DNA from: Squalus acanthias
Taxonomy: Eukaryota
NCBI GenBank assembly: GCA_030390025.1
Contig: CM059433.1
Span: 7,628,001-7,692,000, forward strand
Length of the DNA: 64,000 bases
Direction: 5' to 3'
Translations under genes and position numbers: made by a program
Notes under the pieces: model-generated
The model's input: only the letters and a program-made list of their open reading frames with translations
Database searches by the model: none
What the model was told of the DNA's origin: nothing
In this document: piece after piece, positions 51,557-64,000 of the stretch
Layout of the letters: each line of letters starts with the position of its first letter
How positions within the stretch are numbered: the first letter of the stretch is position 1

Positions 51557-54168
51557 GTATTCCTTTGTTAAGTTAAATGAATTGCAATATGTGGAAAATA
51601 CAGGGATTTTAATGATACACTGATGCAAATGTTAATTTGAAATACTACATGAAAGCACATTTGCAATTCTTCTGCAGCTTAAGGTGAATTCAAATTTAAT
51701 CATACTAGTTTGATGCAAGTTTATCCCAGGACATAGTAAAACAATCACAACAGATTTTAAATGTAAAAATGCCACTAGTTTCTTCCATCCTTGAGATAGT
51801 TACCGAAAATTATTTCAGGAGTGCAAGATAAAATGCAGAGAAGACTTAAATACACTTTTAAAAACATGACTATTTAGTGGGACTGTGCTCACCAAGAGGA
51901 GGGTTGTTCCTTATCTATAAATTTCCCCATGGCCTCACTCCACCCCACAACCCAGCTCAGACCCTCCACTCATCCAAGTCTAGACAATCATGTGTCCCCT
52001 TGTCCCTGTTCCACCATCAGTGCAAGTCTTCAGTCACCACAGTCATCATTTTATTCAGAGAGGTCACACCATGGCTAGAGTAGGGAATGGAAAACGTCAT
52101 GCTGATGCAGTGGGGGTGGTTTTTAAGGTTGGGAATTCTCTTGGTACGCCCTTCCAACCTTGCTTCACCTCTCCTCACAGTACAAAAGGCCTCCTCAAAA
52201 CCTACCTCTTCAACCTTGCTTTTGGCTACCTTTTCTAACTGTTCACTAAAGGGACAATAAGTATATCTTGTTATTGTTGTGCTTGGAATGGAATATTGCC
52301 AGCATCAAACACTCTCCAATATGGTATAGCGCAGTTGGATGCACAGTGAAGCTCTGTCTACAATGTGCCTTAGCTCCAACTTTACAAGCATCCCAACTGC
52401 ATTAGCATGGCATTTTCCATTTCTCACACCGGCATTGCTGTGGCCCATCAGTTTAGTGCCAAATTAGAGATAATTTATTCTGTAGGCTCATCCCAGCAGG
52501 AACTGGATTAAGACTACTCAAACTTATTTCCCATAGAATCTTTAGTCAGAAGACAGAGCCTTTCATCCCATCAGCGTGGGCTGGGTATTAAACCAACTCC
52601 TATGGTGAAAGGCCAAATATTCCCTTAATACACATTCTAACGAGTGATGAACTCAATGGGTTTTACATCTTGCCCAACATGCATCAATATAATATTCTGG
52701 GAGACCCTCTAACAGACTGACTATTAATACAATTGTATTATCTACCTCGTGCTAGCCTGCACACTCTACAACAGATACCTGCCCCAGTTGTCAGTTGCGT
52801 TGACTGGAGCAGTACAAGAGCTGCGAGCACTCAAGCTAGGAACACATTGGCTTATACAACGTCCCCCCCCCGCAACCCCAAAAAAAAATCTACACAGAAG
52901 AGCAGCCACAAAGTCTTTCCTACTTGTGGTAGGTACTATTCCTAGACACTGTGGCTACCTGAAACTTTATCCTTTGTATGTCAAAGGCCAAATGATACAT
53001 ACATACATCCATCCATCTTCAGGAAATGAAGTTATCCCACTGGTACTCTAACTACAGTTCTTTTTACAAGTCCTGCATCATTTCCAGCAACCTAAACCAG
53101 GGCAAATCACATGTTCTATTCTCACATTTTTATTCTAGATATTTTCTCATCACCAGCTATTATGCGGATATCACATCCCCTACAATCCTGAGCACGTTTT
53201 AATCTGGGTAAATGCACAGCAGCTATTGGAATGTACCAGGTGCTACCACAAGATTCTCTTCTCTTTGAAAAGCAGACTAAATCTACTCTTATCAGACCGA
53301 CATGGAGGCTCTAAACCAACAGTAAAACAGATAAAGAAACAGTATAAAACTGTCAATCATACCCTTCATTATTCTCTTTGATAAATAAAATAAAGATGCC
53401 ATTCACTTCCTCTTTATACAGAGACCTTAAAACAGAAGCTCACATCTTAATTATGAAACAGGCCACAGCATTTAGCTTCTCTGCTGGTTGGTGCAGTGCT
53501 AAACACAGAACTTTCCTGCTGGCTGGAAAGCTGAAACTAACTCGAGCCCATGACACCCAGTATAATCCAGTCATTGGAGACCCCTGGCTACGTACTGTCT
53601 ATCAAAGAAGCCGATCAATGACCTTGTTCCCTTTTCAAAGGTCTTAAGACACAGCTGTCCATCAAACCCAGTAACTTAGGCTCAGCCCGATTCTTTGATC
53701 AGTGCTGAGGTGACTTGGGAGTATCTCCAAAGACATGTCCAAACAAATGACGATCACAATCGTGTCAATAATTACCAGATGGCCAACCTTGACAATGCCA
53801 AAAAGTCTGTGATTAAATGGCCAGAGCCACTGCATTCAATCAAGACCATACTGTGTTTTCAACAACACTTCACACCTTGTGAAGACTACTGCAACCAGCC
53901 TGTCTGATCTCTGAGCTTGAGGCTTTTCCTTTGAGAAATACTCGGTGTCTCTGTGGGATTCAAACCCCTAACATGCTGTTTCTAGCCATAAAGAATCCCA
54001 ATCATAAATTTAATAGACAAAAAGTTAATTTGTCACATCCATCTTCTTGAGACTTTTCTTCAATTGCACTGGTACAAGCTTATTTTTGTAAAAAGGCAAT
54101 ATCCAAACTTCAAAACTTTCAAAATAAAAGCAGACATGCAGTAGTAACTTTAAGAACCAAAAGGATAT
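51557..54168 (-). other. E2F6: U12-type (minor spliceosome) AT-AC intron
   Basis: 5' end ATATCCTTTT, 3' end ...GGAATAC, branch-like TTCATTTAAC/ACTTAAC within 25 nt of the 3' end. Splicing restores ENAR-LAYVTY. Confidence 0.92.
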
Positions 54169-54327
54169 CTTGCATTTTCTTTGTCTTCTGTTAATTTGTA
54201 TAACTGATGAGCACAGTCTTTGATTAATTCATCTAGTGAATCCTCTGCTGTTGTCAGGTCTGCCAGTTCTTTTTTCAGTTTCCGAGACTGAGCTTCATAT
54301 CCTAGTCTTTCATGTGGATTTTTGCCT
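54169..54327 (-). CDS. E2F6: E2F6-like coding exon (coiled coil)
   Basis: Acceptor tgattttag. Reads (I)GKNPHERLGYEAQSRKLKKELADLTTAEDSLDELIKDCAHQLYKLTEDKENA(R), in frame with the previous exon. Ends at U12 donor ATATCCTT. Confidence 0.93.
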
Positions 54328-54697
54328 CTAAAATCAGAAAAATTATTATTCCACACTGGTTTTTAGAATAGAACTTTTTTTTATTGCTTTAGAAGGTAAA
54401 GCAATTGGTTAACTTTTTTCAAACAGTTGCATGTAAAAATGATGCTAACACAAACAACTCCATTGTGGAAAATTTACAAAATATGTCGACATTTAAAAAA
54501 ACATTTTTTGCTACCCTGATGACTTAGTGGATAAAGGCACCCCAGGTGTAGGACTGAGTCATATGGACTGAGCTCTCAGGATTTCATTTCCTGTCTGTTC
54601 TCACCTGAACTCAACCAAAGCAGCAGCAGTAGTTCTGACACTAACCATGAGCCTCAGCGTCTCTGGGAGAGGAAGGAGGATGAAAAAAAAAGACATG

Positions 54698-55441
54698 GGC
54701 CCAGAAATTGATCTCGCTCTGTTCCCGTGGGGGTAAGCCTTCCCCGCGATGTCTCACCTCGCTTATGCTTTTTCTGATCCAGCTCGCACGAACTTGATGT
54801 TCCAGACATCAGCTGTGCTGGGCTTGCGTATCCCAGCGGCGTAGTGAATTCGTGCGAGCTGTGGGATCACGTGACTCAGTTAGAGCCAATGGCAGCACAC
54901 CATCTTCCATTCATAAGTCTCACAGCATGGCTGTGAGACTTATGAATCTTACACCCCCCCAAAATAACAGCTAAACCTCAATTAAATTTAAAAAAAAAAC
55001 CATCACATTAATAAAATAAGTATAGTTAATTAAATTAACCATTTTAAATAAAAAATTAAATTTTTGAAAAAATTTAAAATCTTTTAAAAAGATATAAAAA
55101 TAAACTTACCTGTCTTTAAAGTCTATAAAAAAGATATACCTGTAAAAAAAAATTCAAAAAAATACTTAATTCACTACTTACCTTCTTAAAAGCGGGTCTT
55201 ACTCCTCCTTTTTACATTTCCAAAATCTTCCCTACTTACCTGCGCGTCCAAAGCATGAAGTGCACAGCGTGCGCGCAGCCTGTAGCGCGCACGCGATGCA
55301 CCCAGGCCCCGCCCCCTTTTCGGAAGAGCAATTGCCGGTTTTCAGCGCATGCGCAGGGCATGCAGAAAACCGGCAATTGGAGTGGGAATACGCGAGAGTA
55401 TGCAGTGCGTACTCTCGCGTCCCGGGATCAATTTTCGGCCC
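54698..55441 (+). mobile_element. ~740-bp MITE, copy 3 (E2F6 intron, inside a SINE-like repeat)
   Basis: TIRs GGCCCAGAAATT / AATTTTCGGCCC; 3-bp TSD ATG/ATG. Confidence 0.88.
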
Positions 55442-56002
55442 ATGGTTTTCATCCTGATTGCTGTCCAGTAACCCCTGCTGGAAAATGTGAATGTATGGAC
55501 ATCAGGTGAGGACAGAATTGGGCTAGCTTGTGATTATCTCCATAGCCAAATCGTTTTGTGAAACTCACCATCCAAGATCAAACATGGAAAATGGCCACTT
55601 GAGTATGGTACCAGACTGCTTCCAGCAAGATGGAGAAGGAGGACAGAGTTACATGAGCTGTAACCTCCAAACAAACTAAAGCAAGTACAAAGGCAAGCAA
55701 AGTAATAGTAGAGCCTTGCCAGTTGGAGATTCCATTGAGACGCACATTGATAATGAGATGAGTAAAGGGAAGTTCTTCAGTAGATCAGTTATATGTTTTC
55801 CAGGGGCTCAAGTTAAGCACAAATATAACGGAGTAAAAGATTTGACGAAGAAGAAATTGCTTTACATGCTGGTACAATGGTATAATAAACAATTAGCAAA
55901 GCAATGATTCATCAGTACTCCATGTTGAACACCACTTGAAGGATGCACTGAGGATAGCAAGAGCACAGAATATACTCTGAGTGATGGACTTCAATGTCAA
56001 TC

Positions 56003-59000
56003 ATAAGAACATAAGAAATAGGAGGAGTAGGCCATACGGCCCCTCGAGCCTGCTCCGCCATTCAATAAGATCATGGCTGATCATCAACCTCAACTCCACT
56101 TTCCCGTCCGATCCTCATATCCCTTGATTCCCCATGAGTCCAAAAATCTATCCATCTCAACCTTGAATATACTCAACGACTCAGCATGCACAGCCCTTTC
56201 AGGTAGAGAATTCCAAAGATTCACAACCCTCTGAGTGAAGAAATTCCTTTTCATCTCAGTCTTAAATGGCCTACCCCTTATCCTGAGACTATGCCCCCTA
56301 GTTCTAGACACTCCAGCCAGGGGAAACAACCTCTCAGCATCTACCCTGTCAATCCCCTTCAGAATCTTGTATGTTTCAATGAGATCACCTCTCATTCTTC
56401 TAAACTCCAGAGAGTATAGGCCCATTCTACACAATCTCTCATCATAGGACAGCCCTCTCATCTCAGGAATCAATCTAGTGAACCTTCGTTACACCGCCTC
56501 CAAGGCAAGTATATCCTTCCTCAGATAAGGAGACCAAAACTGTGCACAGTACTCCAGGTGTGGTCTCATCAAGGCCCTGTACAATTGTAGCAAGACTTCC
56601 TTACTCTTACTCCAACCCCCTTGCAATAAAGGCCAACATGCCATTTGCCTTCCTTATTGCTTGCTGTACCTGCATGCTAGCTTTCTGTGTTTCTTGCACG
56701 AGGACACCCAAATCTCTCTGAACACCAACATTTGAAAGTTTCTCACCATTTAAAAAATATTCTGTTTTTCTATTCTTCCTACCAAAGTGAATAACCTGAC
56801 ATTTCCCTACATTATACTCCACCTGCCACCTTACTGCCCACTCACTTTGTCTATCTATATCCCTTTACAGACTCTGTTCTCCTCACAGCTTACTGTCCCA
56901 CCTAGCTTAGCTTTGTATCGTCAGCAAACTTGGATACATTACACTCAGTCCCTTCATCTAGGTCATTAATAGATTGTAAATAGCGGACGCCCAAGCACTG
57001 ATCCTTGCGGCACCCCACTAGTTACAGCCTGCCAACCTGAAAAAGATCTGTTTATCCCTACTCTCTGTTTTCTGTCCGTTAACCAATCCTCTACCCATGC
57101 TACTATATTACACCCAACCCCATGAGCCCTAATCTTGTGTAATAACCTTTTATGTGGCACCTTATCGAATGCCTTTTGGAAATCCAAATACACTACATCC
57201 ACTGGTTCCCCTTTATCTGCCCTGCTAGTTACATCCTCAAAAAACCCTAATAAATTTGCCAAACACGATTTCCCTTTCATAAAACCATGTTGTCTCGGCC
57301 TAATCATGTTATGATTTTCTAAGTGCCCTGATACCACTTCCTTAACAATGGATTCCAGCATTTTCCAGATGACTAATGTCAAGCTAATTGGCCTGTAGTT
57401 CCCCGTTTTCTCTCTCCCTCCTTTCTTGAATAGCAGAGTTACATTTGCGACCTTCCAATCCGCTGGGACTGTTCTAGAATCTAGGGAATTTTGGAAGATC
57501 AAAACCAATGCATCCACTATCTCTTCAGCCACCTCTTTTAGAACCCTAGGATGTAGGCCGTCAGGTCCAGGGGATTTGTCGGCTTTTAGTCCCATTAGTT
57601 TCTCTAGTACTTTTTCCTCTACTTATATTAATTACGTTAAGTTCCTCACCCTCATTAGTCCCTTGGTTTCCCACCATTTTTGGTACGCTTTGTGTGTCTT
57701 TTACTGTGAAGACAGATACAAAATATTTGTTTAACGTTTTTGCCATTTCCTTATTCCCCATAATAATTTCTCCGGTCACAGCCTCTAAGGGACCAATGTT
57801 TACTTTTGCTACTCTCTTCCTTTTTACATACTTGTGGAAGCTCTTGCAACCTACTTTTATATTTCTTGCTAGTTTTCTCTCATATTCTATTTTTTCCCTT
57901 TTTATCAATTGTTTGGTCATCCTTTTCTGAAACTCTCCCAATCCTCAGGCTTACTACTATTCTTCGCAACATTATAAGCTTCTTCTTTCAATCTACTGCT
58001 ATCCTTAACTTCTTTAGTTAGCCACGGATGGATCACTTTTCCCGTGGAGTTTTTGTTTCTCAATGGAATGTATTTTTGTTGAGAATTATTAAATATTTCT
58101 TTAAATGCTAGCCACTGCTTATCTACCGCCATACCTTTTAATCTATTTTTCCAATCTACCTTAGCCAACTCGCCCCTCATACCTATGTAATTGGCTTTAT
58201 TTAAGTTTAAGACTCTAGTTTCGGACTTAGGCAAGTCACTCTCAAACTTAACATGAAATTCTATCATATTATGATCCCTCTGCCCCAGAGGATCCTTTAC
58301 TATGAGCTTGCTAATTAACCTTGTCTCATTACACAATACAAGATCTAAAATAGCCTGTTCCCTGGTTGGTTCCATGACGTATTGTTCTAGGAAACTGTCC
58401 CGAATGCATTCCATGAACTGGTCCTCCAAACTACCTTTGCCAATTTGATTTGTCCAGTCTATATGAAGATTAAAGTCCCCCAAGATTATTGCATTACCTT
58501 TGTTACAAGCTCCTACTATTTCTTGATTAATATTCTGTCCAACGGCACAGCTACTGTTAGGGGGCCTATATACTACTCCCACCAATGTTTTCTGCCCCTT
58601 GTTATTCCTCATCTCCACCCATACTGATTCTACTTCCTGATCTTCCAAGCCGAGATCCTTTCTCTTTACGGTCCTTATGTCATCCTTTATTATCAGGGCT
58701 ACTGCCCCTCCTTTTCCATTCTGCCTGTCTTTTCGAAACGTCAAGTACCCTGGAATATTTAGTTCCCAACCTTGGCCACCTTGCAACCACGTCTCTGTAA
58801 TGTCTATTAGATCAAACCCATTTATCTCTATTTGTGCCACTAGCTCGTCTATCTTGTTGCGAATGCTTCATGCATTCAGATAGAGCCTTTAATTTAAATT
58901 TTTACCATTGTTCCCTTCTTTGACCTTATTCTCTGCTGCACTGCTACTGTTAGACTCTCTGTCTGCTTCCTGTCACACTCTGCTTATTTTTACCCAAATT

Positions 59001-59215
59001 GCTACACTGCTCTATTACCTTGACCTTTCTCTTTAGATTTCTAAATTTCCCCTCACCTGACCCCTCCCCCCGCTTTTTTAGTTTAAAGACCTATCTACAG
59101 CCCTAGTTATTCGATTCACCAGGACGCTGGTCTCAGCCCGGTTTAAGTGGAGCCCGTCCCAACAGAACAGCTCCCTCTTTCCCCAGTACTGGTGCCAGTG
59201 CCCCATGAATTGAAA
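56003..59215 (-). mobile_element. CR1 LINE: whole ORF2 (frameshifted) plus end of ORF1 esterase
   Basis: EN (ITETWL, VYRPP, LGDFN), RT motifs, SGNH-like WDGLHLN at 59078-59215, TTCTTATG tail. Confidence 0.95.
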
Positions 59216-59986
59216 CCAAGTGTGACTCAGTAATACCACCACTGACTCAGCTGGCCGAGCACTGAAGGAAATCGCTGCCAGACTAGGTTTGCGGCAGGAA
59301 GCGAGAGAACCAGTAAGAGGGAATAACCTACTTGACCTTGTCCTCACCAATCTACCTGTCGCCGATGCATTTGTCCATGACAGTATTGGTAGGAGTGACC
59401 ATTGTACAGTCCTTGTGGAGACTAAGTCCAGTCTTCAAACTGAGGACACTCTCCATTGTGTCATGTGGCACTACCACCATGCTCAATGGGATAGATTCAG
59501 AACAGATCTAGCAGCTCAAAACTGGGCATGCATGAGGCGCTGTGGGCCATAGGAAACAGCAGAATTGTATTCCACCACAATCTGTAACCTCATGGCCCGG
59601 CATATCCCTCACTCTACTATTACCATCAAGCCTGAAGACCAACCCTGGTTCAATGAGGAGTGTAGAAGAGCATGCTAGTTGCAGCACCAGGCGTACCTGA
59701 AAATGAGGTACAAACCTGGTGAAGCTACAACACAGGACTATATGCAGAAGCAGCATGCTATAGAGAGCTAAGCGATCCCACAATCAACAGATCAGGTCAA
59801 AGCTCTGCAGGCGTGCCACAGCCAGTCGTGAATGGTGGTGGACAATTAAGCAAGACAATACTGAGGAGGAGACTCTGAACATCCCCATCCTCAATGATGG
59901 CAGAGCCCAGCATGCAAGTGCAAAAGACAAGGCTGAAGCATTCCCAACCATCTTCAGCCAGAAGTGCCGAGTGGATGATCCTTCTA

Positions 59987-60242
59987 TAATAAAAACAGAA
60001 AATGCTGGAAATACACAGCCGGTCAGGCAGCAGCTGTGGAGAGAGAAACAGAGTTAACGTTCCAGGTCGACGACCTTTCGTCAGAACTGCATCAGAACCT
60101 TTCGGCCGGTCTAACGAAAGGTCATCGACCTGAAACGTTAACTCTTCTCTCTCCACAGATGCTGCCTGATCTGCTAAATATTTCCAGTATTTTCTGTTTT
60201 TATTTCAGATTTCCAGAATCCGCAGTATTTTGCTTTTGTATC
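59987..60242. mobile_element. Miniature Penelope-like fold-back (family A), termini only
   Basis: Two inverted ~100-bp termini with mutated hammerhead cores plus tail. 17-bp TSD with 2 mismatches (agtggatgatccttcta/agtgaatgatcctttta). Confidence 0.85.
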
Positions 60243-62287
60243 AGTGAATGATCCTTTTAGGCCTCCTCCTGAGGTCCCCACCATCACAGAACCCAGTCTG
60301 CAGCCAATTCGATTCACTCCACGTGCTATCAAGAAATGGCTTAGTGCACTGGACTACAGGTCCAGACAACATCCCGGCTGTAGTGTTGAAGAGGTGTGCT
60401 CCAGAACTAGCCGCACCCAACACTGGCATCTATCTACTTGAAAATGTGGAAAATTGCCCAGGTATGTCCTGTCCACAAAAAGCAGAACAAATCCAACCCG
60501 GCTAATAACCATCCTATCAGCCTACTCTCAATCATCAGCAAAGTGATGGAAGGAGTCGTCAGTAGTGCGACCAAGCGGCACTTACTCACCAATAACCTGA
60601 TCGCCGATGCTCAGCTTGGGTTCCACCAGGAACACTCGGCTCTAGACCTCATTACAGCCTTGGTCCAAACATGGGCAAAAGAGGTGAATTCCAGAGGTGA
60701 GGTGAAAGTGAGCGCCCTTCACATCGAGGCAGTATTCGATTAAGTGTGGCACCGAGGCGCACTAGTAAAATTGAAGTCAATGGGGATCGGGGGAAAACTG
60801 TCCAGTATCTTGCCAATATTTATCCCTCAACTAACACCACTAAAATAGTTTAATTGGTCATTTATCTCATTTCTGTTTGTGGGACCTTGCTGTGTGTAAA
60901 TTGGCTACCTTTTTTCCCTACATTACAAAAGTGAGTACACTTCAAAAGTAATTAATTGGCTGTGAAGAGCTTTGGCATGTCCTGAGGTCATGAAACGCAC
61001 TATACAAATTCTCTCTTCCTTTGCTTTTCAACAACTGTCAAAAAAAACTCAGTTTAAGTAAGAAACAAGTTAATAGTAATGAAGGAAATAATACAAATGG
61101 ACATTAAAGGGGACCAACCACCAAGAGAAGGAGTCTGCCAGAACACAGGATCTAGCAGACAACATACAGACACAATCAAAGTCAGAAAGTCAACAAAGAA
61201 TATGGGAAGAGAAAGAAGATTCACACTTTGCTGTGCAGACAAATGCACAAACATCATTTACCTGGTGGTAGGGTAAAAGTGAACATGGGTGGGTGGAACA
61301 TCCCTGCCACTAAGAAATTCTCCTCAGGTAGAAGAGTGGGATAATTTAGGAAGGGGACAATGTTGAAAAAAAAATGTACTTGAGACGTATTTCCAAGATG
61401 ACTGCATCTGTGGAGACCTTGTTCTGATATTTCAGTTTAAATAGTTGACTGAAAAAAACACAAGTGAGCGCATTTTGCGGAATACATGTAAATGGAAATT
61501 GCATTATATATGAAAAAAAAGTTTGACAATAATTCAAGCAGTCTAGCAGTCTGTGGAAGGAAAAATGCTATTCATTAAATCAAGTTAGCCAAGTCTTCCA
61601 TATATAAATTAATTACCATTCAATACAACACACTTATACCATCATACTCAAATTCGACACCTTACGACAATGCAATACCTCATTCCTGCGCTAGCAGGAA
61701 GCAACAAGGTACCGACACTTCATTGGATGACCACTTTGAGCAGTATCACTCAGGCATACCCAATGGCAGTAATCACCTGTAACTAAATTTACATGGCGGC
61801 TCTCAATTTTTGTTTAAATGAGGCATCTCTGCCAGGTTGGAATCTTGGAAGAATCAATTCAGAGAGAAAATTAAGTTTGCTAAAATGTTTGTACAGGGAG
61901 TCAATTCTTTTAGTTCTTGAAGTAATGCAATTCAAAGTTATATGCAATCAGCAAAAGACATCAACCTCTTTTTATATCCTTTCCCATTGTTACTGGGACA
62001 CCAAAGGGAGGGGATCTATTACAAGAGGAACAGTACTATTGCAAAGAAAGAATCAGTTGAGGTAGAGCAAAACCAAAAACTGGGCAAATTTTGTGCTCAT
62101 TTGGGTGAGAAACCCAACACTGAGGAATACAATCTAGTATTATTGCACACTTCCAGAATGGGTACAGCACAAATGAGATTTAGACTAGCTTCTTCTGCCA
62201 ACAACGTGCCTTCACACAGCAGCGTGACATTTCCATTTAACACAATAGCCATCTTTGTGTACTCCAAGTAAGGCAAGTTAGTCCCAA

Positions 62288-62476
62288 TGTGGATGCTCAG
62301 TTGTTGAGTATATTCAAGGCTGAGATAGACAGACTTTTGGACTCTAGGGGAATCAAGGGATATGGGGATCAGACAGGAAAGTGGAGATGAGGTAGAAGAT
62401 CAGCCATGATCTTATTGAATGGCGGAGCAGGCTCGAGGGGCTGTATGGCCTACTCCTGCTCTGAATTCTTATGTTC
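62288..62476 (+). mobile_element. CR1 3' end
   Basis: gatcagccatgatcttattgaatggcggagcaggctcgagggg...ttcttatgttc. Confidence 0.85.
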
Positions 62477-62751
62477 TGGACTCCGAACAAATAAAATGTT
62501 TACAAAAGGTCTCATTGAATAATAATGTGTTTCTACTTGTAAGCTGCATTCATGTCAAAGTAAAAAGAACGTCAACTTCCAGTCAAGGTTATTTTAGGGG
62601 GAAAAAATCAGGGAGTCCTGAAAAGTATCACATATCACGTGCTTTAGCATCCACCTTTTCAATGGACATAAACTGAAGTAGAGGAACATCCAATGAATAC
62701 TGTTGAATTTTGTAAAATAAACCAAACAATGTATTATAAAAAGTAACTTAC

Positions 62752-62956
62752 ATCCATTCAATTAAGTTTTTGGATTTTTTTCTCACAAGACGAATCCCAT
62801 CCAGTACGTTGGTGATATCATAAACCCTTCTCTTTCGTACCCCAAGCACCCTTGCTACATCGTTCATGTCAAGAACACCATCAGGAGCCTGCTTCACAAG
62901 TTCCATAAATTGTTGAGTTAGACGTACTAAGGATACATCAAAACGTGGCTTTCTCA
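62752..62956 (-). CDS. E2F6: E2F6-like coding exon (winged-helix DNA-binding domain)
   Basis: Translates [68 protein letters not shown] (E2F RRxYD motif; RFDVSL is typical of E2F6). Acceptor tttttgtaacag, donor GTAAGT. Confidence 0.93.
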
Positions 62957-63023
62957 CTGTTACAAAAAAGAGGAAAATGCGATTAATCTTCACTTTTCAA
63001 AACTAAAGTACTAGAAATATATT

Positions 63024-63735
63024 AGTCCGTAATGTGCGGCCCCTACGGGTGCGTACGCGCCCATAAGGGCCGCTCAAGTTCCGGGTTTTTACACGCGAAG
63101 CGCATGCGTGAAAACCTGGAACTTGTGATCTATCAAGAATTTTCTTGACAGATCCAACACATCCCCAGGAAAAGGGCATCCGCAGGTGGAGAGTTGGGCC
63201 AACTTCTGTCCAGCGAATGCCCATGAAATTCTTACACTATAAGGCCTGCTTCTACCAGCATAAGAGTTAAAAAAAAAATTTTTTATCCATCATTTGTACA
63301 TTAAAAAAGTTGTTTACTTTAAGCCCCTTTAAAAAATTTAAATTTATTTTTCAAAAAAAACAAATTTTTGTTTTAAATATTTAATTAAATGGCATTTTAA
63401 TTAATTTTAAATATGTAATTTTGAAAAATGTATTTGATGTGTAGATGCATTTTTTGGGGTATTCCCATTCGTGCTTATGGGGTTTCTGTACATACAGAAT
63501 CACGATAAGAATGAATGGGGATTCCCTTCTTTTATTCGTTGGGCCAGCCCACACGATCCCAGGGGCGCTTGTGAACCGCCTGCGCCCTGGGATACGTGGG
63601 CCTCTACCTGTGGGTACCCGGAGAGGCCCAGGACCGCGAGTCTCCGTACCGCCCGGACCACCAGGTACGCGGGCATTTTATTTGCGTATCAGAGGCATTT
63701 CCCCACGGGAAGCCTCCAACTGCAAATTCAGGGCC
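63024..63735. mobile_element. Probable Harbinger-type MITE
   Basis: Right TIR tgcaaattcagggcc, degenerate left TIR; GCGTACGC near 63050; AT-rich core. Confidence 0.55.
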
Positions 63736-64000
63736 AATATTTAAATAAAATTCAATGAAAATGCAATTGAAATTAGACATTGGTTTATTCATGAGAATAC
63801 AAAAAAGAGAAACATATTGTTGCCAATGGTAAGGGATACCCACTCCAAAAAATGTGATTTAGAAATAGCATATCAATATTGTGGAACTAAAGTGTTTGAT
63901 TTATACTTTTATTATTTTAATGATGTCACATAGGGCAGACAGTATAACAACAACTTGCATATATAACATAGTAAAACGTTCCAAGGCGCTTCACAGGAGC

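Larger units (their letters stand above)
55903..60803 (+). mobile_element. Decayed copy of the same LINE family, split by CR1 and a mini-Penelope
   Basis: 55903-56003 joins collinearly to 59216-60803 when compared with 17841-20743. Confidence 0.85.

Noticed and set aside
55716..55907. GDS-containing short ORF
   Set aside because: Possibly a decayed LINE ORF1 esterase scrap; too short and diverged to call.

Overview
Vertebrate genomic DNA, most likely a cartilaginous fish (inferred from shark-type CR1 LINEs and a SacSINE1/DeuSINE-like SINE). The only host gene I can support is the 3' part of an E2F6-like gene on the minus strand. It has five coding exons (62956 to 40448), including a U12-type AT-AC intron (51557-54168), and a probable ~3.5 kb 3' UTR; its 5' exons lie beyond the window. 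Its last intron holds a nearly intact Buster/SPIN-type hAT transposon and a decayed two-gene PIF/Harbinger element. The rest is nested transposons: CR1, L2-like and RTE LINEs, a second APE-RT LINE family, SINEs, a solo LTR, hAT and Harbinger-type MITEs, and four Penelope-like insertions carrying minimal hammerhead ribozymes. One of these is a ~1.2 kb near-perfect palindrome. All calls are by eye; no database searches were run.
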